This document shows positions 1-8,885 of a stretch of DNA of 39,534 nt, piece by piece. Position 1 is the stretch's first letter, and every line of letters starts with the position of its first letter. The notes under the pieces were generated by a model. It was not told the DNA's origin. It saw only the letters and a program-made list of their open reading frames with translations, and did no database searches. Origin of the DNA: Octopus bimaculoides (Eukaryota). The translations under genes and the position numbers were made by a program. The stretch lies in assembly GCF_001194135.2 (NCBI RefSeq), contig NC_069000.1, positions 14,123,722-14,163,255 of the forward strand. Reading direction: 5' to 3'.

Positions 1-345
1 TATATGTACACATATATATATATGTATATGTACACATATATATATATATGTATATGTACACATATATATATATGTATATGTACACATATATATATATGTA
101 TATGTACACATATATATATATGTATATGTACACATATATATATATGTATATGTACACACATATATATATGTATATGTACACACATATATATATGTATATG
201 TACACATATATATATGTATATGTACACATATATATATGTATATGTACACATATATATGTATATGTACACATATATATATGTATATGTACACATATATATA
301 TATGTGTGTGTGTATATATGTATGTATATGTGTGTATGCATGTAT
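1..345. repeat. TA-rich compound minisatellite (unit ~22-26 nt, TATATGTACACATATATATATATG)
   Basis: Unit repeated about 12 times from base 1, grading into (TG)/(TA). Confidence 0.95.
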
Positions 346-390
346 TTATTCCAACATTTATCTCTTTCTCTGTATCATACATTTCTCATA

Positions 391-414
391 TTTTTTTTCT
401 TTCTTTTTTTCTAG
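391..414 (+). promoter_or_regulatory. 3' splice acceptor upstream of the alpha-kinase-like CDS
   Basis: Polypyrimidine tract ttttttttctttctttttttctAG ends at 414; ATG follows 11 nt later in atcATGG context. Confidence 0.75.
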
Positions 415-425
415 GTTATCCCATC

Positions 426-1334
426 ATGGATAATGAAACACTCTCATTTCAATATAACAACGAGAATTACTTTGCAAATTTTTCATATAAACCTTCCGTG
501 ATAACAAAGGATTATCTTCTCTACGATGGAGTTCTTAATGGCTCTGGAATACATCGTGGAAACAGGTGCATTATTCGTGTTTTGAAAACCAAACCTCACT
601 CTAAAAATGCTTGGAAATCATATCTTAACACCAGAGCATTACTTCATAAAGCCAAATCTTATTTTGTATCTCGCTCTGACGTGGAATTTTTTCAAGTTCC
701 AGATTATACCGAAGCACTAATTGACAGAATCTCTCTTATTACAAAATTCACTGTCTCAAGACACCCTGTTCCTGATGAGACTGTACTTATTGATCACTAC
801 AAAGGTGCACATGGAGAAGAAAAATTAACAAGTCCAAGTCTTGATGCTATTTCTCATTTCACTTTCTTAGAATCCAAAGGACAAACAATACTGACCAATT
901 TCCAAGGATTTCGAATTAACAGAAAGACTATTTGTATTACTGGTGCAGATTGCGTTGCTATAAATGCTGAAACTTTCTTAAAGCAACATAAATGCAATAA
1001 ACACTGTAAAATATTACAGAATGTACCTCAGCTAATACCACAAGTGACTTATATACAAGACAAGAATCAAGCACCTAGTTACCATAGCATCGTAACAGCA
1101 AGAGCTAGTCTGCCACACATAATGTATGGTCATTACATTTGTGATCATTGTGATATATATAATCATGGTGGCATGTATAATCACTGTGGCAGTTATAATC
1201 ATTGTGCAGTGTATAACCATACAGCTTTAATGCATTCTTCAAGCGTGCAAGAGAGAGAAACATTTGGACATCTTCATCTTCGACCAGAGCCATCAGCTCC
1301 GCCATTTGATGAAGTCTTTTATAGAGCTTCTTAA
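426..1334 (+). CDS. Alpha-kinase (eEF2K/MHCK/TRPM7/ALPK family) domain protein, probable pseudokinase, 302 aa, single coding exon
   Basis: Complex open frame. LDAISHFTFLESKGQTILTNFQG matches the alpha-kinase AFSHFTYExSxxxLLVxDLQG motif; FLKQHKCNKHCKIL matches FxxxHxCNxxCxxL; RCIIRVLK matches CVVKxFK. Confidence 0.85.
   Translation: MDNETLSFQYNNENYFANFSYKPSVITKDYLLYDGVLNGSGIHRGNRCIIRVLKTKPHSKNAWKSYLNTRALLHKAKSYFVSRSDVEFFQVPDYTEALIDRISLITKFTVSRHPVPDETVLIDHYKGAHGEEKLTSPSLDAISHFTFLESKGQTILTNFQGFRINRKTICITGADCVAINAETFLKQHKCNKHCKILQNVPQLIPQVTYIQDKNQAPSYHSIVTARASLPHIMYGHYICDHCDIYNHGGMYNHCGSYNHCAVYNHTALMHSSSVQERETFGHLHLRPEPSAPPFDEVFYRAS
1125..1229 (+). repeat. In-frame 18-nt coding repeat (YNHxxx x4, preceded by YGH and CDH)
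   Basis: TATAA(T/C)CA(T/C) at 1158, 1176, 1194 and 1212 (period 18). Confidence 0.9.
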
Positions 1335-2243
1335 AACAGTAGCAACACAAATTTTCCATTTATGCAGTGGAAATTAAAATTTGAACAGCTACAACTAATT
1401 CTGGCTTAGCTATAAGTTTTAAACAAGGGATTTTCTGTTACAGAATTCCACTGGCTACACAGAAAACAAAGCAAAATTATTAGTGCTATCTTTTGCAGCA
1501 TACTTTTTTTTATGCCAAAGCTGCTTCAGACAACAAGATAGCCAACAGTCTGCGGGTCTCCCTTCATTTAGTTCAAGCTTGAGAGTTGTAGATGCAATAT
1601 CTTTTATGATAATATGCTGTCACAAGGGTTTGTAAGGTGACTTACAACTTTCACGAAAACCAAAAGCAATTAACATGCTAATTATTTACGGAAGAAAACA
1701 ATTTCATTACTGGTGAGTTTGACATTGTTCTAGATGTTTTACTTTGTCAAAATTGTTTAGAGAAGCTACAGCTAAAACATAAGAGGGACTTGTTACCAGA
1801 CCTAATGCAGAAGAATGAGTGGTTGCCAGACGTTTCCCTTCCTTTCAGTTAATTGCTGGGATATATTTGTATTGGCTTCAGAAGATTAAAAACTTAAGCT
1901 GTGCCAATGTTGAACTCTCATCATAATATTACAAAGCTCATATGATGTGGCTTCGCGTAAGCTACCTTTTTGACTGCAAGTCTACATTAAGCAATGCTAC
2001 TGAAATTCTGAGAGGGAGAAAGGAGAAAGATAAAGTGAGAGTGAAAGAGAGAGAGAAGGCTCACAATTATTTACATGCGGGTTTCTGAAAACCAATATCT
2101 GTAAAATCAATATCTGTAAAATCAATATAAATATTTGTGGGAATAGTGTTATTGATATTGACAAATCAGAACAAAAACTGAACATCCAAAAATAAAAATA
2201 TTTGTAAATACATAGAATTTGTTTTCAGTTGTCTTTCTTTTTT

Positions 2244-2565
2244 TATCTTTTACATGTTTTGGTCATTGGACTGTGACCATGCTGGGGCACCCTTTTGAAG
2301 AGTTTAGCCGAACAAATCAACCCAGTATTTATTTTTCAAGTCTGTTTGACAACTTATTCCATCAGTCTCTTTTGCCAAACCACTAAGTTATGGGGATATA
2401 AACAAACCAACACCAGTAGTCAAGCAGTGGCAGGGAACAAGCACAAACACACATATATATACAATGGGCTTCCCCAAGTTTCCATCCATTAAATTCACTC
2501 ACAAGGCATTGGTTGGCCCAGGGCTACAATAGAAGACACTTGCCCATGGTACCATACAGTGGGAC
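2244..2565 (-). mobile_element. tRNA-derived SINE family B (octopus OK-like), CpG-decayed copy
   Basis: Colinear with the copy at 15347-15716, with many CG>CA/TG changes (e.g. ccgaaccgct>ccaaaccact). Confidence 0.85.
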
Positions 2566-2569
2566 AATA

Positions 2570-2680
2570 AGCACTAGACTTAAAAAGAATAGGTCCTGAG
2601 GTCAATTTCTTTGACTAAACCCCTTTAAGGCGGTGCTCCTGCATGGCCACACTCGGATGACTGAAACAAGAACAAAAACA
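2570..2680 (+). mobile_element. SINE family B 3' fragment
   Basis: aaggcggtgctcctgcatggccac...gactgaaacaag is the reverse complement of the B 3' end seen at 15347-15430. Confidence 0.75.
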
Positions 2681-2714
2681 AATCCCAGTTACAATTCACC
2701 GGAATTTATTTGTA

Positions 2715-2853
2715 ACTAGGAATGGCTCTGTGGTTAAGAAACTTGCTTTGCAGCAATGTGGTTTGCCAAACCACTAAGTTGCAAGAACACAAACATGCCA
2801 ACCCCAGTTGTCAAGTGGAAAACAAACAGACACAAAGACGCACACACACACAC

Positions 2854-2860
<7 letters not shown>
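2715..2860. mobile_element. Rearranged SINE B (plus-strand head joined to inverted body)
   Basis: Head ggaatggctctgtggttaagaaacttgc is followed directly by minus-strand body tttgccaaaccactaagtt. Confidence 0.6.
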
Positions 2861-2886
<26 letters not shown>

Positions 2887-2892
2887 TGTATG

Positions 2893-2923
<31 letters not shown>

Positions 2924-3982
2924 TTATTTATTTATGTGTTTCAGCCAAGGTCATGCTGGTGCACCACCGTGATTTTCACGCTCCTCGCATGGCTCTTCTC
3001 CCCCACCTGACATGGTCCAATCAAGAGTTTTAATGGCATATATATATATGTATGTNNNNNNNNNNNNNNNNNNNNNNNNNNNNNNNNNNNNNNNNNNNNN
3101 NNNNNNNNNNNNNNNNNNNNNNNNNNNNNNNNNNNNNNNNNNNNNNNNNNNNNNNNNNNNNNNNNNNNNNNNNNNNNNNNNNNNNNNNNNNNNNNNNNNN
3201 NNNNNNNNNNNNNNNNNNNNNNNNNNNNNNNNNNNNNNNNNNNNNNNNNNNNNNNNNNNNNNNNNNNNNNNNNNNNNNNNNNNNNNNNNNNNNNNNNNNN
3301 NNNNNNNNNNNNNNNNNNNNNNNNNNNNNNNNNNNNNNNNNNNNNNNNNNNNNNNNNNNNNNNNNNNNNNNNNNNNNNNNNNNNNNNNNNNNNNNNNNNN
3401 NNNNNNNNNNNNNNNNNNNNNNNNNNNNNNNNNNNNNNNNNNNNNNNNNNNNNNNNNNNNNNNNNNNNNNNNNNNNNNNNNNNNNNNNNNNNNNNNNNNN
3501 NNNNNNNNNNNNNNNNNNNNNNNNNNNNNNNNNNNNNNNNNNNNNNNNNNNNNNNNNNNNNNNNNNNNNNNNNNNNNNNNNNNNNNNNNNNNNNNNNNNN
3601 NNNNNNNNNNNNNNNNNNNNNNNNNNNNNNNNNNNNNNNNNNNNNNNNNNNNNNNNNNNNNNNNNNNNNNNNNNNNNNNNNNNNNNNNNNNNNNNNNNNN
3701 NNNNNNNNNNNNNNNNNNNNNNNNNNNNNNNNNNNNNNNNNNNNNNNNNNNNNNNNNNNNNNNNNNNNNNNNNNNNNNNNNNNNNNNNNNNNNNNNNNNN
3801 NNNNNNNNNNNNNNNNNNNNNNNNNNNNNNNNNNNNNNNNNNNNNNNNNNNNNNNNNNNNNNNNNNNNNNNNNNNNNNNNNNNNNNNNNNNNNNNNNNNN
3901 NNNNNNNNNNNNNNNNNNNNNNNNNNNNNNNNNNNNNNNNNNNNNNNNNNNNNNNNNNNNNNNNNNNNNNNNNNNNNNNNNN

Positions 3983-4009
<27 letters not shown>

Positions 4010-4019
<10 letters not shown>

Positions 4020-4160
4020 GACGAGTTTCTTTCAGTTTCCGTCCACCAAATGCACTCACAAGGCTTTGGATAAACTGAGGTTATAGCAGCAGATGCTTAC
4101 CCAATCCAGAATCATGTGGTTGGGAAGCAAGCTTCTTACCACAGAGCCATGCCTGCGCCT
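4010..4160 (-). mobile_element. SINE family B 5' half
   Basis: acgacgagtttctttcagtttccgtccaccaaatgcactcacaaggc...gcttcttaccacagagccatgcctgcgcct. Confidence 0.8.
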
Positions 4161-4731
4161 ATTTTCTCCTTTGTTGTTTTGTTTGTTTTTACTTTAAACA
4201 AGCTTATTCTTTTCAGACCTTCTCAATAAATGGACACGAGCCACATATGTATTTTACATAATATATAAAATACATCGTTCATAATACTAGTTCTGTGACG
4301 AATAAAAATAATTGCAGGCATAACATAGTTACCTCCCTTACCATTTTTTAATCTTCACTTTTTCTAATTTTTTTTATAGAGTCAGATATCTTAGATTTTT
4401 TTGTCATATAATTCAAAATCATACATTGATGTTCACTCAGCTAATTACTGTATATGGTATTCAGAAATAATTTGTTAGGTCGATTTGGAGCAGAAAAACT
4501 TTTGTACATGTACAATATTTTCATGTTCAGTTTTATATTTTTGCATGAGTTCGACAAAGTTAATTGCATTTTCTATGGCCAGATGCCCTTCATGTTGCCA
4601 AATCTTACCTATTTCTAAGTAAGGTGACATTTCCACATACTCAGTGGCAAGGAATGACATTCATTTACAACAACAATGTAATGTTAAGACAAGGCAACAC
4701 AAATACACACACACACACATATACATTTACA

Positions 4732-5118
4732 TTGTTGTTGGCACTCCGTCGCTTACGACGTGGAGGGTTCCAGTTGATCCGATCAACGGAACAGCCTGCT
4801 CGTGAAATTAACGTGCAAGTGGCTGAGCACTCCACAGACACGTGTACCCTTAACGTAGTTCTTGGGGATATTCAGCGTGACACAGTGTGACAAGGCTGAC
4901 CCTTTGAATTACAGGCACAACAGAAACAGGAAGTAAGAGTGAGAGAAATTTGTGGTGGAAGAGTACAGCAGGGTTCGCCACCATCCCCTGCCGGAGCCTC
5001 GTGGAGCTTTAGGTGTTTTCGCTCAATAAACACTCACAACGCCCAGTCTGGGAATCGAAACCACGATCCTATGACCGCGAGTCCACTGCCCTAACCACTG
5101 GGCCATTGCGCCTCCACA
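4732..5118 (-). mobile_element. Full-length tRNA-Arg-derived SINE family C (octopus OR-like)
   Basis: Minus strand starts ggaggcgcaatggcccagtggttagggcagtggacTCGcggtc, with A box, TCG anticodon-like loop and B box gtttcgattccc; it ends in a (CAA)n tail. CpGs are retained, suggesting a young copy. Confidence 0.85.
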
Positions 5119-5416
5119 CATTTGCATATAGAAGAGGAACACTGAAAATGTCAGTATTAATGCTAATATAATGTATAAGTGTTTTGAGAGACCAGCAGGC
5201 ATCAACTGTAAGAGCATAAAACTTATTACATGAACAAATGTTGCAATAACAGAGGAAAATAAAGTAGAAGGAAGAGAGAAGAGTTGGATACACAAAGCAT
5301 GTAACCAAACCCACCCACAAGACTTTAGTCAGGGGTTATAATAGAAGATACTTGCCCAAGGAATAAGTTTGGACAAGAATTATATAGTTTTTACATTGAT
5401 CACAGTACAGTATTCC

Positions 5417-6979
5417 ATAATAATAATAATTCTTTCTACTATAGCCACAAAGCCTGGAATTTGTGGGGAAAGGGCTAGTCTATTACATCAACCCCAGTAT
5501 TTGACTGGAACTTATTTTATTTACCCTGAAAGGATGGAGGGCAAAGTCAACCTCAGCGGAATTTGATCCCAGAACATAAAAACAATCAATAGGCACTTAT
5601 CATTTTGTCCAGCATGCTAATGACTGTCAGCTCACCACCTGACTGTATTCCATTAGAATTCTTTCTACAATAGGCACAAGGCCCGAAATTTGGGAGAGGG
5701 GCTCGTCAATTACATCCACCCCAGTGCTCAAAAGGTACTCATTTCATCAACCCTGAAAGGAAAAGTTGACCTCAGCAGAATTTGAATTCAAATTCTAAAA
5801 ACAGGTGAGATGTCACTAAGCATTTTGTCCTGCATGTTAACAATTCTGCCAACAACAACAACAACAATAATAATAATAATAATGATCCTTTCTTCTATAG
5901 ACACAAGGCCTGAAATTTGTGGGAGGGAATAAATCGATTACTTCGACCCCAGTACTTAGCTGGTACTTATTTTATGAACACCGAAAGAATGAAAGGTAAA
6001 GTCGACCTCAGCAGAATTTGAACTCAGAAAGTGAAGATAGACAAAATACCGCTAAGTATTTCCCCCGATGTGCTAACAATTCTGCCAACTTACCACCTTA
6101 ATAATGATAATAATAATCCTTTCTACTATGGACACAAGGCCTGAAATTTGTGGGGAGGAGGATAGTCAATTACATCGAGCCCAGTCTTTCACTGGTACTT
6201 GATTTATCGACCCTGAAATGATGAAAGGCAATGTCAACCTCAGTGGAATTTGATCTCAGAACGTGAAGACAGACAAAATACCACTAAGCATTTCGCCCAC
6301 CGCACTAACGATTCTGCCAGCTCGCTGTCTTATTTATTATTCCATAATAAGAATAAGAATAATAATTCTTTCTACTATAGGCACAAGGCCTGAAATGTTC
6401 GAGGGAGGGAGCTAGTTGATTACATTGACCCCAGTGCTTACTTCATTAACCCCCAAAGGAATGAAATGGAATGTCGACCTTAGCAGAATTTGAATTCAGA
6501 ATCTAAAGACAGATGAAATGCCACCAAGAATTTTGTCCTGCACACTAACAATTCTGCCAACAACAACAACAACAATAATAATAGTAGTAGTACTCCTTTC
6601 TACTACAGGCACAAGGCCCGAAATTTTATGGAGATGGGGGTCTAGTCAATTACATTGATCCTAGTTCTTGACTAGTAGTTATTTCATCAGACCCGAAAGG
6701 ATGAAAAGTAAAGTCAGCCACACTGGAATTTGAAATCACAATGTAAAGATGAACAAAATGTTGCTAAGCATTTTGTGCAACTCAGTAACCGTTCTGTCAG
6801 CACACCACTTTCCATAATAATAACAACAATAATAATAATAATCCTTTCTATTGGAAGCACAAGGCCTCGAAATTTGGAGGAAGGGATTAAGTCGATTACA
6901 ACGACCCCAGTGCATAACTGGTACTTATTTAATTGACCCCGAAAGGATGAAAAGGCAAAGTCGACCTTGGCGGAATTTG
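5417..6979 (-). mobile_element. Head-to-tail array of 7 SINE family A copies (~200-250 bp each)
   Basis: Copies start near 5417, 5657, 5854, 6100, 6345, 6562 and 6814. Each has a ctttctactataggcacaaggcc...ccccgaaaggatgaaaggcaaagtcgacctc core, mostly separated by (AAT/AAC)n tails. Confidence 0.9.
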
Positions 6980-7024
6980 TATGTGTATATAAAAATATAT
7001 ATATACACATATATATACTATACA

Positions 7025-7061
<37 letters not shown>

Positions 7062-7231
7062 GCATATGTATATTGTACATGCATATATATATTATACACG
7101 CATATATATATACTATACACGCATATATATATACTATACACGCATATATATACTATACACGCATATATATACTATACACGCATATATATACTATACACGC
7201 NNNNNNNNNNCACGCATATATATACTATACA

Positions 7232-7270
<39 letters not shown>

Positions 7271-7280
7271 ACACACACAC
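6980..7280. repeat. (TA)n microsatellite plus ~20-nt minisatellite (CACGCATATATATACTATA)
   Basis: Directly visible, with a 10-N gap inside. Confidence 0.9.
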
Positions 7281-8392
7281 ATAAAATATAGGGTAGCAAG
7301 TTTTTTCTAGAAATTTCACTACCAGTGGCCTAGCATGTATAAAAATCAATAGACAACATATTCTCAATATGAAATAGTGTACATTTAAACACAAGAGAAA
7401 CTACCTTCAACAAGCAGTTTTACATGCTATGAAGTAGTGGTTTTGGTCGTCTTGACTACTAATTCTAGCGTGTAAAACTGGTTGTTGAAAGCAGTTTCTT
7501 TTGTGTTAAAATGCACACTATTTTATATATATACACTTNNNNNNNNNNNNNNNNNNNNNNNNNNNNNNNNNNNNNNNNNNNNNNNNNNNNNNNNNNNNNN
7601 NNNNNNNNNNNNNNNNNNNNNNNNNNNNNNNNNNNNNNGTGTGTGTGTGGGTGTGCATACATACATGTACATTATGTACGTATATATACATACATATATA
7701 TCACATGGGTATATATATATATAATTTTTAGTTCATTTTACTTACATACAAATTAGTACCATAATTAAAAACAGTTCACCACAGTGGAATATATCAAATA
7801 TTTTTGTGGTTGAAGTCCTGCAGTGAACTGAGAAAACAAAAAAAAATGACAGCCACACATTAAAATCCTTAATCTGCTTGATCATTGGGTCCTTATTTTC
7901 AGTTCAGACTGCATAAGACGGAGAGTGTTCAATACTTGACTCTGCTTACCTCTGTGAAATGTCACAAAATTAGAGTGACCTCCCTTTATTAAACAAGGGA
8001 GATAATTCTAGCATTTTTTTTTTCTTTCTTCCAAACATGAATTTTCTTAGTAGATCTCACTATTAAAGTTTCTTAAAAATTTGACTTAATTTTTTTTTTT
8101 AACAGCAATTTGCTTAAAATACTCTTTAAAAAAATGGAATTTCCAAATGTTTCAAGAACAAGACGGCAATTATTTCTTCGATATAAACGATAATACATGT
8201 TCAAAGTAATGCAAAATAATCTTCAAATAAGCATTAAACATTAAAACAAAACGTAGGAGTCTATGGAACCAACGAGAAAGACTTTATGTAGTCGCTGTGC
8301 CTCTTAGATATAGCAACCACATCTCCCTTAAGTCTCATCTTACAGCCTAAACAAAAACGAAGACATTGGATAAGACCCAAATTTATACAAAT

Positions 8393-8520
8393 GTGGCTTG
8401 CTTTCCGGCCATATGGTTCCGAGTTCAGTCCCACTGCGTGGTACCTGGTGCAAGCATCTTCTGCTATAACCTCTGGCCGACCAAAGCCTTGTGAGTGGAA
8501 ACTGAAATAAGCCCGTCTTA
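8393..8520 (+). mobile_element. SINE family B 5' half
   Basis: ggttccgagttcagtcccactgcgtggtacc...ggccgaccaaagccttgtgagtgg. Confidence 0.8.
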
Positions 8521-8602
8521 TGTAAACAAATGTATATTAATCTGATGGGTTACTCTATATTTTTGTAGAGAACAAATTTATTATTCTTATACAAGAATGT
8601 TG

Positions 8603-8653
8603 TTGACAGTGACTTCGAAGTTTCGGCTAGCTAAGCCATCGTCGGACGATTGT
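8603..8653 (-). ncRNA. Minimal type I hammerhead ribozyme motif (Penelope-like), probably degenerate
   Basis: Minus strand CCGACGA-T-GGCT-TAGCT-AGCC-GAAA-C-TTCGAA-GTC: near-canonical core (U4>C), 4-bp stem II, palindromic loop III and a GTC cleavage triplet; AATAAA lies ~28 nt downstream. Confidence 0.65.
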
Positions 8654-8714
8654 AATTGACAAGTTACATACACAGACAAAAGTTAAATGCAAAATAAAAC
8701 TGACCAGTGATACA

Positions 8715-8885
8715 AGTGCAGATGTGGTTACGTGGTAAGAAGCTTCCCAGCCACATGATTCCGGGTTCAGTCTCACTGTGTGGCGCCTTGGGTAAATGTT
8801 TTCTACTATAGCTTCGGGTCGACCGAAGTCTTCTGAGTGGATTTGGTAGATGGAAACTCAAAGAATCCCATCGTATATATGTGTG
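8715..8885 (+). mobile_element. SINE family B 5' half
   Basis: gtggttacgtggtaagaagcttcccagccacatgattccgggttcagtctcactgtg...gatttggtagatggaaactc. Confidence 0.8.

Noticed and set aside
4-425. ORFs 4..414 and 236..433, and the N-terminal 126 aa of ORF 48..1334
   Set aside because: Translations of TA-rich minisatellite; a splice acceptor at 414 and ATG at 426 define the real start.
391-428. Both genes begin acceptor - short leader - atcATGG, suggestive of spliced-leader trans-splicing
   Set aside because: Ordinary non-coding first exons explain it; there is no SL evidence in the window, and I know of no established SL trans-splicing in cephalopods.
2941-4086. Long ORFs across N runs (also at 14.1, 20.3, 22.0, 27.4 and 32.3 kb)
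   Set aside because: Artefacts of assembly gaps.
4475-4660. Minus ORF MSFLATEYVEMSPYLEIGK... containing a TAG|GTAAGA motif
   Set aside because: Short, no recognisable family, and no convincing upstream acceptor or polypyrimidine tract.
4990-5118. tRNA-Arg-like sequence (and other tRNA-like heads)
   Set aside because: These are SINE heads continuing into SINE bodies, with no intact acceptor stem; not tRNA genes.
5417-6979. Regularly spaced repeats superficially like a CRISPR array
   Set aside because: Units are ~230-bp SINE monomers without unique spacers; eukaryotic context and no cas genes.
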